A stretch of DNA of 64,000 nucleotides, from NCBI GenBank assembly GCA_037481615.1, contig JBBFLI010000007.1; one strand, given 5' to 3'. This stretch comes from Desulfobacterales bacterium. GTDB taxonomy: Bacteria > Desulfobacterota > Desulfobacteria > Desulfobacterales > SpSt-501. This document shows, in pieces, positions 1 to 9,784 of this stretch. A program made the translations under genes and the position numbers. The notes below the pieces were generated by a model that saw only the letters and a list, made by a program, of their open reading frames with translations, did not search any database and had not been told where the DNA came from. How positions within the stretch are numbered: the stretch's first letter is position 1; each line of letters starts with the position of its first letter.

Positions 1-1
1 G

Positions 2-853
2 CGCAACGCCTACACGGGCGGGGCGGCCATGGGGCCCGACCACTTCCGTTTCTTCCACTCGCTCGGCGTGAACCTCAAGCAGATCTACGGCCAGACCGAG
101 GTGGCGGGCATCTCCGTCGTCCACCGTACGGGGGACATCAAGTTCGACACCGTCGGCCGCCCGATCCCCGGCACCGAGGTGCGCATCGCCGAGGACGGCG
201 AGATCCTCACCCGCAGCCCCTCGGTCTTCAAGGGCTACTACAAGAACCCCGAGGCCACGGCGAAGACCCTGAAGGACGGCTGGCTCCACTCGGGCGACAA
301 GGGTTTCATCGACGACGACGGCCATCTCGTCGTTTTCGACCGCACCAAGGACGTCTTCACGCTCAAGGACGGACGCCCCTTCGCCCCCCAGTACCTCGAG
401 ACCCGCTTGAAGTTCAGCCCCTACATCAAGGACGCCTGGGTGGTCGGGGACCGCCGGGACTACCTCGCCGCGGTCATGTGCATCGACTACTCCGTGGTCG
501 GCAAATGGGCCGACGAGCGGAAGCTCAACTACACGAGCTACCAGGAACTCTCGCAGATGCCCGAGGTCTACGACCTCGTGGAGAAGCAGATCCGCCAGGC
601 GAACCGGGACCTCCCCCCGGCGGCGAAGATCCGCAAGTTCACGAACCTCTACAAGGAATTCGACCCCGACGACGAGGAGCTCACGCGCACGCGCAAGCTG
701 CGGCGGGCCTTCGTCGAGAAGCGATACAAAATGATCGTGGACGCGCTCTACTCGGATGCCGACAAGGTCCACATCGACACGACGATCAAGTACGAGGACG
801 GCCGGCAGGCGCACATCGTGACCGATCTGCGGATCGTGGAAATCCGCGACTGA
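2..853 (+). CDS. Acyl-CoA synthetase (AMP-forming), C-terminal part; 5' end outside window
   Basis: Frame is open from the window edge, so the Met at 29 is internal. Adenylate-forming motifs IYGQTE, GWLHSGDKGFIDDDGHL and FDRTKD. Long C-terminal extension, as in ligases encoded inside Liv-type ABC clusters. Confidence 0.85.
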   Translation, partial: RNAYTGGAAMGPDHFRFFHSLGVNLKQIYGQTEVAGISVVHRTGDIKFDTVGRPIPGTEVRIAEDGEILTRSPSVFKGYYKNPEATAKTLKDGWLHSGDKGFIDDDGHLVVFDRTKDVFTLKDGRPFAPQYLETRLKFSPYIKDAWVVGDRRDYLAAVMCIDYSVVGKWADERKLNYTSYQELSQMPEVYDLVEKQIRQANRDLPPAAKIRKFTNLYKEFDPDDEELTRTRKLRRAFVEKRYKMIVDALYSDADKVHIDTTIKYEDGRQAHIVTDLRIVEIRD

Positions 854-878
854 GCGGCCGCGGCGAGGAGCCCACGCG

Positions 879-1763
879 ATGGATCTCTTTCTGATGACGC
901 TGACGACCGGAATCATGGTAGGCGGCATTTACGCGCTCGTCGCCCTCGGCTGGGTGCTGATCTACAAGTGCTCGGGGGTCCTCAACCTCGCCATGGGCGA
1001 GATGACCCTGATCGGCGCCTACGTCTCGCTCAGCTTCTACAGCATGGGGGTGCCTTTTCTCCTCTCGATGCTCCTCATGCTCGCGATCGGCTTCATCCTG
1101 GGCATCCTGACCGAGCGCGTCTTTCTCGACCGGTTGATCGGCGAGCCGGTGCTCACGGTGATCATGGTGACGGTCGGCCTCTCCTTCTTCTTCAAGGGAA
1201 CGATCGAGTTCATCTGGGGCACCGACACGCGCACCTTCTCGCCCCCGGTCTTCTCGATCGAGCCGATCCGCATCGGCCCGCTCGTCGTCGGGCAGGTCTA
1301 TCTCTGGAGCTTCCTGGCGGCGATCGTGCTGCTCGTCGTCTTCGTCAGCTTCTTCAAGTACACCCGCTGGGGGCTCGCCATGCAGGCGACGGCCGACGAC
1401 GAGATGGCCGCCCTCTCCCTCGGCGTGAGCGCGCGCTTCGTCTACGCCGCGGCCTGGGCGATCGCCTTCATGGCCGCCGGGGTCGGGGGGACGCTGCTCG
1501 GCAACATCAACGGCCTGAACATCTCGGTCGGCTACCTGGGGCTGCTCGTGCTCCCGGTGGTCGTGCTGGGGGGCCTGAACTCGGTGCCCGGGGCGATCCT
1601 GGGCGGCATCATCATCGGGGTGCTGCAGAATTTCTGCGGGGCCTATCTCGACCGGTATTTCCCGGGGGGCGTCAAGGAGATCGCCCCCTTCGCTTTCATG
1701 GCCGTCTTTCTGCTCTGGAAACCCTACGGGATCTGGGGCTGGGAGCGGATCGAGCGGGTGTAG
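879..1763 (+). CDS. livH: ABC transporter permease, LivH family
   Basis: 294 aa, strongly hydrophobic multi-TM protein. ATG lies 25 nt after the upstream stop. LivH-like blocks GGIYALVALGWVLIY and GLNSVPGAILGGIIIG. Confidence 0.85.
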   Translation: MDLFLMTLTTGIMVGGIYALVALGWVLIYKCSGVLNLAMGEMTLIGAYVSLSFYSMGVPFLLSMLLMLAIGFILGILTERVFLDRLIGEPVLTVIMVTVGLSFFFKGTIEFIWGTDTRTFSPPVFSIEPIRIGPLVVGQVYLWSFLAAIVLLVVFVSFFKYTRWGLAMQATADDEMAALSLGVSARFVYAAAWAIAFMAAGVGGTLLGNINGLNISVGYLGLLVLPVVVLGGLNSVPGAILGGIIIGVLQNFCGAYLDRYFPGGVKEIAPFAFMAVFLLWKPYGIWGWERIERV

Positions 1764-1882
1764 GAACCGCGTGAGCCGGACTGCGGGGCCGCGGCCCCGC
1801 GGGCGGCGCCCGGGGCGCTGCGCCGGTTGCGGCGGAACCCGCAGCCGGTGTTCGTTCACCCCCCAACGGAGCGCGAGCATTC

Positions 1883-2983
1883 ATGTCGACGACCTTTCTT
1901 CCCTGCGGCGAGTACCACGAGAGCTACCGCGAGGACCACGCCTGGTGGCAGACCAAGTTCATCAAGGCCAAGATGGTGCTCCTCCTGCTCGTCCTCTTCA
2001 TCGGGATCCCGCTCGCGGCGGACTCCTACTGGCTGAGCGTCTGCAACCAGATCGGCTACACCGCGCTCGGCGCCCTCGGGGTCCAGCTGCTGATCGGCTT
2101 CTGCGGGCAGGTGACCCTCGGGCACGCGGCCTTCCTCGCGGTCGGGGCCTACACCTCGACCCTGCTCATCCTCGAGTTCCCCTGGCCGAAGCTCCTCATG
2201 GACCTCGGGCTCGCCTACCCGATCAGCATCTGCATCGCCGCGATCGCGGCCGGCATCTGGTGCGTGCTCTTCGGCCTGCCCTCGGCCAAGGTGAAAGGCT
2301 TCTACCTCATCCTCACCACCATGGCCGCGCAGTTCATCACCGTCGATTTCGTGATCACCCAGTACATCAGCCAGATCGGGGGCCGCGGCCAGGCCTTCTC
2401 GCTCCCCCCGGGGACGATCAAGATCGGCCCCTGGGTGATCGACAGCGACCTCAAGGTCTACTTCATGATGATCGTGCTCGTGATCCTCTTCACGGCCGTC
2501 GTCGCCAACCTCCTGCGCTCGCGCGTGGGCCGCGCCTGGGTGGCGATCCGCGACAACGACATCTCCGCCGAGGTCATGGGGATCCACGTCGTGCGCTACA
2601 AGTTGCTCGCCTTCTTCGTCGCCGGGTTCATCGGCGGGGTGGCGGGCGCCTTCTGGATCAGCAACCTGGCCGCGATCAGCCCCGAGCACTTCCCCTGGTT
2701 CTGGTCGCTGTGGCTCGTCGGGGTGATCCTGATCGGCGGGGTGGGCTCGATCCACGGGACGATCTTCGGCTCGATCTTCATGGTCGTGGTCATGGAGCTG
2801 TTGCAGATGGCGGTCCTCCCGCTTGCCGCGAGCTACCCCAAACTCTTGATGGATTTTCTCTTCATCAAGGAGGCCGCCTTCGGGCTGGCGATCTGCGCCT
2901 TCATGATTTTCGAGCCGAACGGGCTCGCCTACCGCTGGTGGCAGGCGAAGAACTATTTCAATCTCTGGCCCTTCTCCTACTGA
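1883..2983 (+). CDS. livM: ABC transporter permease, LivM family
   Basis: 366 aa multi-TM protein with LivM-like core GQVTLGHAAFLAVGAYT. Position after livH. Confidence 0.85.
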   Translation: MSTTFLPCGEYHESYREDHAWWQTKFIKAKMVLLLLVLFIGIPLAADSYWLSVCNQIGYTALGALGVQLLIGFCGQVTLGHAAFLAVGAYTSTLLILEFPWPKLLMDLGLAYPISICIAAIAAGIWCVLFGLPSAKVKGFYLILTTMAAQFITVDFVITQYISQIGGRGQAFSLPPGTIKIGPWVIDSDLKVYFMMIVLVILFTAVVANLLRSRVGRAWVAIRDNDISAEVMGIHVVRYKLLAFFVAGFIGGVAGAFWISNLAAISPEHFPWFWSLWLVGVILIGGVGSIHGTIFGSIFMVVVMELLQMAVLPLAASYPKLLMDFLFIKEAAFGLAICAFMIFEPNGLAYRWWQAKNYFNLWPFSY

Positions 2984-3046
2984 AGGGCCGCCGGGGGGTC
3001 CCCCGCCGGCCGCGTGCAAACCGGTTTCTCGCGAAAGGAGGAAACC

Positions 3047-4273
3047 ATGAAGGCTGCACCCTTGGCTCTGGCAATGGCGCTCGTGCTCTTCCTGGCGCCC
3101 GCCGCAACCGCCCAGGAGGTGGTCGTCGGCGCCCTGAACGACATGACGGGCGCCACATCCGACGTCGGCAAGGACTACGCCCTCGGCATCGCCGAGGCGG
3201 TCAACTACTGCAACGACAACGGGGGGGTGAACGGCAAGCCGATCAAGCTCGTCCAGTTCGACTACGGCTACCGCGTGCCCGAGGCGCTGACCAAGTACAA
3301 GCTCTTCCAGCGCATGAAGGCGGTCGCCGTCCTGGGGTGGGGGACCGGCGACACCGAGGCGCTCGCGCCCACGGTGACCCAGGACAAGATGCCTTATGTC
3401 TCGGCGTCCTACTCCGGGCACCTCACCGACCCCAAGAAGACGCCGTACAACCTCTTCGCCGCAACCGACTACTCGACCAACGCGCGGGCGACCCTCACCG
3501 CCTGGTACGACACACGCTGGAAGAATCACCCCGACAACGGCAAGCGCAAGCCCCGTTTCGCCTGCTCCTACATGTTCGCCTCGCCGTACGCGAGCGCTCC
3601 GATCAAGGCGATCAAGGACCAGGCGGCCCTGCTCGGCTTCGAGATCGGGCCCGACCAGGACGTCTCGCTCTTCGCCGTGGACGCAAAGAGCCAGGTGCTC
3701 GCGCTCAAGGACTTCAAGCCCGACGTCGTCTGGCACGGCAACACGACGATGTCGGTGTCGGCCACCCTGCGGGACGCCTACGCGCTGGGGCTCGGGGCCG
3801 ACCACATCATCAACCTCTGGGGCCTGGACGAGAACCTGCCGCGGCTGGCGGAAAAGGCGGCCGAGGGTGCCATGGCGGCGACCGTCTGCGCCTTCTACGG
3901 CGAGGCGGGCGTCCCGATGATGCCCAAGGTCGTCGAGTACGCGAAGAAGTTCAACCCCGGCGTGCCCCAGGAGAAGCGCCTGATCCGCACCGTCCAGGCC
4001 TGGTCGAACGTGCTCGCCCTCTGGGAGGCGATGAAGCGGGCCGACAAGGCCGGGGCGCTGAACGGCGAGGGCATCCTGAAAAAGGGCTTCGAGACGATGC
4101 GCGAGTTCGACCTGGGACTGGGCGGGGCGAAGCTCACCTTCACGGAGACCGACCACCGCGTCTCCGGGGCGGTGCCGGTTTACGAGGTGAAGGACGGCAA
4201 GTTCCGCCTCGTGCAGGTGACCGACATCAAGAGCCGCTGGCCGGACAAGTGGAATAGCTGGCTCGGCTGGTAG
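3047..4273 (+). CDS. ABC transporter periplasmic substrate-binding protein (LivK/type I PBP family)
   Basis: ATG 3047 is preceded by GGAGGAAACC. Signal peptide MKAAPLALAMALVLFLAPAATAQ. Sequence resembles Leu/Ile/Val-binding proteins. The track start at 3014 is judged too early. Confidence 0.8.
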   Translation: MKAAPLALAMALVLFLAPAATAQEVVVGALNDMTGATSDVGKDYALGIAEAVNYCNDNGGVNGKPIKLVQFDYGYRVPEALTKYKLFQRMKAVAVLGWGTGDTEALAPTVTQDKMPYVSASYSGHLTDPKKTPYNLFAATDYSTNARATLTAWYDTRWKNHPDNGKRKPRFACSYMFASPYASAPIKAIKDQAALLGFEIGPDQDVSLFAVDAKSQVLALKDFKPDVVWHGNTTMSVSATLRDAYALGLGADHIINLWGLDENLPRLAEKAAEGAMAATVCAFYGEAGVPMMPKVVEYAKKFNPGVPQEKRLIRTVQAWSNVLALWEAMKRADKAGALNGEGILKKGFETMREFDLGLGGAKLTFTETDHRVSGAVPVYEVKDGKFRLVQVTDIKSRWPDKWNSWLGW

Positions 4274-4311
4274 ACGGAGCAAACCCTGCAGCCCGAGGAG
4301 GTCGGCAAGCC

Positions 4312-5124
4312 TTGGATTCGCCGCAAAGCATCCTCAAGATCAACAACATCGAGGTCAAGTATCACGAGGTCATCCTCGTGATCAAAGGGGTCTCGATCGA
4401 AGTCCCCGAGGGGGGGATCGTGGCCCTCCTCGGGGCGAACGGGGCCGGGAAGAGCACGATCCTGAAGGCCGTCTCGGGTCTGCTCAAGCACGAGGACGGC
4501 CGCGTGACCGACGGCTCGATCGAGTTTCTCGGGCAGCGCATCGACCGCATGCCGCCCGAGAAGATCGCCAAGATGGGGATCGTGCAGGTGATCGAGGGCC
4601 GCCGCGTCTTCGAGCACCTGACCGTGGAGCAGAACCTGAAGGTCGGGGCCCACATGCGCAAGTTCGGCCGCTCCATCAAGGAGGGGCTGGAGATGGTCTA
4701 CCACTACTTCCCCCGGCTCTACGAGAAGCGAAACGAGACCGCGGGCTTCATCAGCGGGGGCGAGCAACAGATGACCGTCGTCGGCCGCGCGCTGATGACG
4801 AGCCCGCGGCTGATCCTGCTCGATGAACCCTCGATGGGGCTCGCGCCCCTGCTGATTCACGAGATCTTCAACATCATCATGCGCCTCAACCGAGAGGAGA
4901 AGATTTCCATGCTCCTCGTCGAGCAGAACGCGAAGCTCGCCCTGAACGTCGCCCCCTTCGCCTACGTCCTCGAAAACGGCCGCATCGTGATGAACGACAC
5001 CGCCGAAAAGCTGCGCGAGAACCCCGACATCAAGGACTTCTACCTCGGCATGACCGATCTCGGCGGCCGCAAGAGCTTCCGCGACGTCAAGCACTACAAA
5101 CGCCGCAAGCGTTGGTTGACCTAA
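4312..5124 (+). CDS. livF: ABC transporter ATP-binding protein, LivF family
   Basis: TTG start about 10 nt after GAGGAGG. Walker A GANGAGKST, signature ISGGEQQM, Walker B LILLDEPS. Confidence 0.88.
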   Translation: MDSPQSILKINNIEVKYHEVILVIKGVSIEVPEGGIVALLGANGAGKSTILKAVSGLLKHEDGRVTDGSIEFLGQRIDRMPPEKIAKMGIVQVIEGRRVFEHLTVEQNLKVGAHMRKFGRSIKEGLEMVYHYFPRLYEKRNETAGFISGGEQQMTVVGRALMTSPRLILLDEPSMGLAPLLIHEIFNIIMRLNREEKISMLLVEQNAKLALNVAPFAYVLENGRIVMNDTAEKLRENPDIKDFYLGMTDLGGRKSFRDVKHYKRRKRWLT

Positions 5125-5149
5125 ACGAACCCAGACAGGAGATCGCGCC

Positions 5150-5752
5150 ATGAGATCGCTATCGACCCGCAGGCTGGCCTTCCTCCTTGCGGTCGCGGCC
5201 CTGGCGGCTTCCGGTTGCGCCGGGGTGCAGAAGGCGACCGAAACCTCCTTCCAAGCGCCTTCGGTCGCGCTGAACCGCGCCGAGGTCGCAAGCTACTTCG
5301 GCTTCTGGTTCTACAACAACAAGGTCCAGCCCTCCCTGCCCGAGGGGGGGAAGCCGGGGAACAACGGCGCCCCGCTCATCTACCACTTCGTCTTCGACAT
5401 CACCAACCCGAACGCCTTCCCCGTGCGGCTGGACAATCTCAAGTTCACCGTGGCGCTCGACGGCTTCGACCTGAACACCGTGGGCTCCCAGGACGAGATC
5501 TGGATCCCCGGGGGGAAGACCTCCCAGCTGCGCGTGCCCTGTGTCCTGGGGCCGTTTGAGGCCTTCATGAGCCTGGGCGTGGTCGGCGGCATGCGCCTGC
5601 AGCAGATGGGGAAGAAACCCTGGGACCTGATCCAGACCTGGTGGACGAAGGCGCCCGACTTTTCCTTCCCGGTCGAGGTGCGGGAAGGCTCGGCGGTCTT
5701 CAAGGCCGACGGGATCACGAAGGTCGTCGCTTTCCAGGCGCGATACCCCTGA
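5150..5752 (+). CDS. Lipoprotein with LEA_2 (LEA14/NDR1-HIN1-like) domain
   Basis: Signal peptide ending in the lipobox-like LAASGC. Core FVFDITNPNAFPVRLDNLKFTVALDGFDL matches my memory of the LEA_2 pattern. Confidence 0.55.
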   Translation: MRSLSTRRLAFLLAVAALAASGCAGVQKATETSFQAPSVALNRAEVASYFGFWFYNNKVQPSLPEGGKPGNNGAPLIYHFVFDITNPNAFPVRLDNLKFTVALDGFDLNTVGSQDEIWIPGGKTSQLRVPCVLGPFEAFMSLGVVGGMRLQQMGKKPWDLIQTWWTKAPDFSFPVEVREGSAVFKADGITKVVAFQARYP

Positions 5753-5773
5753 GCCTTACCGCGCGCGGAAAGG

Positions 5774-5797
5774 CCGCCCGCCTCTGAAGGCGGGCGG
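5774..5797 (+). terminator. GC-rich hairpin after the liv/lipoprotein unit (possible terminator, no U-tract)
   Basis: CCGCCCGCC-tctgaa-GGCGGGCGG, a 9-bp perfect stem 22 nt after the stop at 5752. No T-run follows, so this is weak. Confidence 0.3.
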
Positions 5798-5928
5798 ACC
5801 TCCCCGCGCGGCGGAAACCCCACCGCGTCGAAGAGCCGTTTCGAACCCAACCGGCCTGCGGCACGGCGTGCGGCGGGTGCCCGTGAGGTGCGCGCCCGCG
5901 CCGGCGGCAGGCCCTCCCGGGGTGAACC

Positions 5929-7458
5929 ATGGGCCTCCACGACTTCACCTTCTACGATCTCATCCGCCGCAACGCGGCCTGCTTCGCCTCCCGGCCCGCC
6001 CTGCGGGACCGCGAGGAGGGGCGGACGCTCACCTTCGCCGAGGTCCGTGACCTCGTCGACCGCCTGGCCGCGGGCCTGCGCCGCGCCGGCGTCGGAAAAG
6101 GCGACCGGATCGGCGTTCTGGGGAAGAACAGCCTCGAGTATTTCCTCCTCTACGGCGCGGCCGCGGCCCTCGGGGCGATCGTGGTCCCGGTAAACTGGCG
6201 GCTCTCGGCCGAGGAGGCCGTCTACAACCTGCAGGATGCCGCGCCGAAGCTGCTCTTCGCCGACGCCGAGTACACGGCGATGCTCGCCGCGGCGCGGGAG
6301 CGGCTGCCCTCGGTCGTGCGCTGCTTCGACCTGCGGGCCTCCGCGCCGGGGGGCTTCGAGCCCTTCGCCCCGCTGCTCGCCGGGCCGCCGATCGAGGAGC
6401 CGGAGGCGGTCGGCGACGAGGACGGCTTCGTCATCATCCACACCGCGGCGGTGGGGGGAAAACCGCGCGGGGCGCTTCTCTGCCACCGCAACGTGATCGC
6501 CGCGAACGTGCACCTCAATCTCCTCCTGCGCCTCGACCCCGGGGACGTCCACCTGGGGCTGCTGCCCCTCTTCCACGTGGGGGGGCTCTTCATGGCGACG
6601 ATGGCCTTCCACGCCGGGGCGCTCAATCTGAACATGAGCAAGTTCGACGCCGCCCGGGCGGTCGCCTGGATCGAGGAGGAACAGGTTTCGGTGCTCTTCG
6701 ATTTTTCGCCGATCCTCGCCTCCCTGCTCGAGGAGGCCGGCAAGGCGAAGGCCGGCCTGGGCTCGCTCAAGCGCGTGATCGGCATCGAGATCCCCGAGAC
6801 GATCGAGCGCTACCGCGCCTTCACCGGCGGCACCTTCTTCGTGATGTACGGCCAGACCGAAACCTCGGCCATCGCCACCCTGGGGCGCTACGACGAGCGG
6901 CCCGGCTCCGCCGGCCGCCCCATCCCGCTCGCCGAGGTGCGCCTCGTGGACGAGGGCGACCGGAACGTCCCCGTCGGCGAGGTGGGCGAGATCGTCGTGC
7001 GGGGGCCGATGGTCTTCCTCGGCTACTGGAACCAGCCGGCGGAGACGGAGCGGGCCTTCCGCGGGGGGTGGCATCACACGGGGGATCTCGGCCGCTTCGA
7101 CGAGGAGGGCTACCTGTTCTACGCCGGGCGAAAGCCCGAGAAGGAGCTCATCAAGCCGGGCGGCGAAAACGTCTACCCGGCCGAGGTGGAACGGGCGATC
7201 CTCGAGCACCCGGCGGTCGAGAAGACGGTCGTCTTCGGGGTTCCGGACCCCAAGTGGAAGGAGGGGATCAAGGCCGTCTGCCAGCTCAAGCCGGGGGCGC
7301 GCCTCGAGGCCCGGGAACTCATCCGCTTCGTGGGCGAGCGGATCGCCAGCTTCAAGAAGCCGCAGTACGTCGAGTTCGTGGCGGAACTGCCGCTCCGACC
7401 CGACGGGACGCCCGACCGGGCGGCGGCGAAGCGCCGCTGGGGCGGCCCGTCGGGCTGA
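5929..7458 (+). CDS. Acyl-CoA synthetase / AMP-dependent ligase
   Basis: 509 aa. Motifs HTAAVGGKPRGA (variant P-loop), YGQTETS, GWHHTGDLGRFDEEGYL and GRKPEKELIKPGGENVYP. Confidence 0.88.
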   Translation: MGLHDFTFYDLIRRNAACFASRPALRDREEGRTLTFAEVRDLVDRLAAGLRRAGVGKGDRIGVLGKNSLEYFLLYGAAAALGAIVVPVNWRLSAEEAVYNLQDAAPKLLFADAEYTAMLAAARERLPSVVRCFDLRASAPGGFEPFAPLLAGPPIEEPEAVGDEDGFVIIHTAAVGGKPRGALLCHRNVIAANVHLNLLLRLDPGDVHLGLLPLFHVGGLFMATMAFHAGALNLNMSKFDAARAVAWIEEEQVSVLFDFSPILASLLEEAGKAKAGLGSLKRVIGIEIPETIERYRAFTGGTFFVMYGQTETSAIATLGRYDERPGSAGRPIPLAEVRLVDEGDRNVPVGEVGEIVVRGPMVFLGYWNQPAETERAFRGGWHHTGDLGRFDEEGYLFYAGRKPEKELIKPGGENVYPAEVERAILEHPAVEKTVVFGVPDPKWKEGIKAVCQLKPGARLEARELIRFVGERIASFKKPQYVEFVAELPLRPDGTPDRAAAKRRWGGPSG

Positions 7459-7474
7459 AGAGAGAAGCCTCCGG

Positions 7475-7996
7475 CTACTTCAGCTTGGGGCTGCGCCAGG
7501 GGGCGATCTTTCCCTCGAAGTTCCCCCAGAAGCGGGGGTCGGTTTCCATCCAGCGTTCGCCGAAGCGGGTGTTGAAGAAGCCTTTCAGCTCGTCGAACAT
7601 CCGCCCCCAGCCCCGCGGGTATTCCATCGTCAGCGCCTCCTCGAGATAGGGCACGATGTCGGCGAGCTTCTCCTTGGGGAGATAGGCCCAGGCCCCGAGC
7701 TCGATCGACTTCTTGAGCGCCTCGGGGTGGAGCGCATGCGCCGTCAGCATCACGACGGGGATGCCCAGCGCGGCGAGCTTCTGCAGGAGTTCGAAGCCGT
7801 CGACCCCCATGATGTCGAGCACGGCGAGGTCGTAGCGGTTCTCGGCGATCCTCGCGACCGCCTCCGCGTGGCTGCGCGCGCGGTCGACCCGGCAGCGGGG
7901 GGCGGCGGCGAGGATCAGGTCTTCCAGGCTCTCCAGGACGTCGGGCTCGTCGTCCACGGCCAACACCCGCTTGTCGTTCAGCACGGATTCGCTCAT
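7475..7996 (-). CDS. Single-domain response regulator (CheY-like receiver plus ~50-aa tail)
   Basis: Start moved to ATG 7996, which has AAGGAGAAG upstream. Receiver motifs VLAVDDEPD, DLAVLDIMG and AYLPKEK. No DNA-binding domain recognised. Confidence 0.8.
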   Translation of the reverse strand: MSESVLNDKRVLAVDDEPDVLESLEDLILAAAPRCRVDRARSHAEAVARIAENRYDLAVLDIMGVDGFELLQKLAALGIPVVMLTAHALHPEALKKSIELGAWAYLPKEKLADIVPYLEEALTMEYPRGWGRMFDELKGFFNTRFGERWMETDPRFWGNFEGKIAPWRSPKLK

Positions 7997-8037
7997 GGCG
8001 CTTCTCCTTCCGGCCGGGGGCGACGCCGGCATCGGGG

Positions 8038-8517
8038 TTACTTGAAAATGCGGGCCGCGAGGTCGATGTCTTCGGGGCAGAAGACGAAGAGGCACTTCGC
8101 CTCCGGCCCGGCGACCGAGCCGTAGACGTAGTGGATGTTGATCCCCTCCTCGCCGAATTTCCGGGTCACGGCGGCCAGCTCGCCCGGGCGGTTCTCCAGG
8201 TGGAGCGCGATCACGGGCATCAGGTCGAAGAGGTACTCGTTCTCGGAGAGCAGGCTCACCGCCCGGTCCGTGTTGTCGACCAGCATGCGGATCAGGGCGA
8301 ACTCGGCCGAGTCCTTGCTCATCGAGCTGTAGCTCGCCGCCGAGGCGATGCGGTGCAGCACCTTGCCCCGGTTCAGGAAGAGCTGTTGCACGTAGTCGGA
8401 GGCGTCCTGGATCATCAGGGCGTCGATGTTCACCCCGTGGGCGCCGAGCAGGGCCGAGAGGCGGCCGAGTTCCCCGGGGACGTTTTTGAGAAAGAGCGAG
8501 ATTTCCGTCCTGACCAT
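8038..8517 (-). CDS. ACT-domain protein (tandem ACT)
   Basis: 159 aa. Two repeats of an ACT-like pattern: ISLFLKNVPGELGRLSALLGAHGVNI and IALHLENRPGELAAVTRKFGEEGINI. Confidence 0.65.
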   Translation of the reverse strand: MVRTEISLFLKNVPGELGRLSALLGAHGVNIDALMIQDASDYVQQLFLNRGKVLHRIASAASYSSMSKDSAEFALIRMLVDNTDRAVSLLSENEYLFDLMPVIALHLENRPGELAAVTRKFGEEGINIHYVYGSVAGPEAKCLFVFCPEDIDLAARIFK

Positions 8518-8604
8518 CGGCTTTTCCCTTCCTTCCCGCCGTACGGCTCCGGGCCGGCTGCGCCCGGCCGGCGGCCGCCCCGGGGTTGCCCGGCCCGGGG
8601 CCGG

Positions 8605-9759
8605 CTACGGGTTGCGCTTGTCCTTGAGGATGTGGTTGGCGATCACGATGCGCTGGATCTCGGAGGTCCCCTCGTAGATCGTGAAGACCCGGGCGTCGCG
8701 CAGGTAGCGCTCGACGGGGTAGTCGGCCGTGTAGCCGTAGCCGCCGTGGAGCTGGACGGCGCGCGCCGTGACGCGGTTCACCATCTCCGAGGCGTAGAGC
8801 TTCGCCATCGAGGCCTGCAGCGTGTACGGCTCGCCCCGGTCCTTCAGCTGCGCGGCCGAGAGCGCAAGCAGGCGGGCGGCCTCGATCTCGACGGCCATGT
8901 CGGCGATCATCCAGCGGATGCCCTGGAACTTCGCGATCTTCTGGCCGAACTGCTCGCGTTCCTGCACGTAGCGCACCGCGGCGTCGAAGGCCGCCTGGGC
9001 GACCCCGACCGACTGGGCGGCGATTCCGATCCGGCCGCCGTCCAGGCCGGTCATGGCGATCACGAACCCGTCGCCCTCCCGGCCGAGCAGGCGGTCCGCC
9101 GGCAGGCGGCAGTCCTCGAAGATGAGGTCGCAGGTGTCCGACGCCCGCAGCCCCATCTTCTCCTCGAGCGGGCCGGTTTTCAGCCCCTTCGCCCCGGCCT
9201 CGACGAGGAAGGCGCTGATCCCGCGGTGGCCCTTCGCCTCGTCGGTCTTGGCGGTCACGATGATCAGCCCCGCGTTCTTCCCCGTGGTCGTGAAACGCTT
9301 GGTGCCGTTCAACACCCAGCCGTCGCCGTCGCGGACCGCGCGGGTCTTCTGGCGGGCCGGGTCCGAGCCCGCGTTCGGCTCGGTGAGGGCGAAGGCGCCG
9401 ATGATCTGCCCCGCGGCGAGGGGCCGAAGGAACCGCTCCTTCTGCTCCTCGCTGCCGAAGCGCAGCAGGCTTTCGCAGACGATCGAGTTGTGCACGGACA
9501 TCACGACCGCGGTCGCGGCACAGGCATAGGCCACCTCGGAGAGGGCGAGCACGTAGCTCACCGTGTCGGCGCCGGCGCCGCCGTACTCGGGCGGGACCAT
9601 CATCCCCATCAACCCGAGTTCGGCGAGCTGGCGCAGGTTCTCGATGGGAAACCGCTTTTCCCGGTCGTGGGCCGCGGCCTGGGGCGCGAAGCGCTCGCGG
9701 GCGAGGTCGCGCACCATGCTCTGGATCATGAGCTGCTCTTCGGTCAGCGGAAAGGACAT
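8605..9759 (-). CDS. Acyl-CoA dehydrogenase (short/branched-chain type)
   Basis: 384 aa. ACAD blocks GAFALTEPNAGSD and catalytic-base region IYEGTSEIQRIVIA. Confidence 0.9.
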   Translation of the reverse strand: MSFPLTEEQLMIQSMVRDLARERFAPQAAAHDREKRFPIENLRQLAELGLMGMMVPPEYGGAGADTVSYVLALSEVAYACAATAVVMSVHNSIVCESLLRFGSEEQKERFLRPLAAGQIIGAFALTEPNAGSDPARQKTRAVRDGDGWVLNGTKRFTTTGKNAGLIIVTAKTDEAKGHRGISAFLVEAGAKGLKTGPLEEKMGLRASDTCDLIFEDCRLPADRLLGREGDGFVIAMTGLDGGRIGIAAQSVGVAQAAFDAAVRYVQEREQFGQKIAKFQGIRWMIADMAVEIEAARLLALSAAQLKDRGEPYTLQASMAKLYASEMVNRVTARAVQLHGGYGYTADYPVERYLRDARVFTIYEGTSEIQRIVIANHILKDKRNP

Positions 9760-9784
9760 CGGCTTCCTCCCTCCGTGGGCGCCC

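Noticed and set aside
1771-4282. Long ORFs of 828 aa (+) and 808 aa (-) spanning the livM/substrate-binding-protein region
   Set aside because: Their translations are Arg/Pro/Gly/Ala-rich low-complexity strings with no motifs. They overlap well-supported liv genes in other frames. They are typical shadow ORFs of stop-poor, high-GC DNA.
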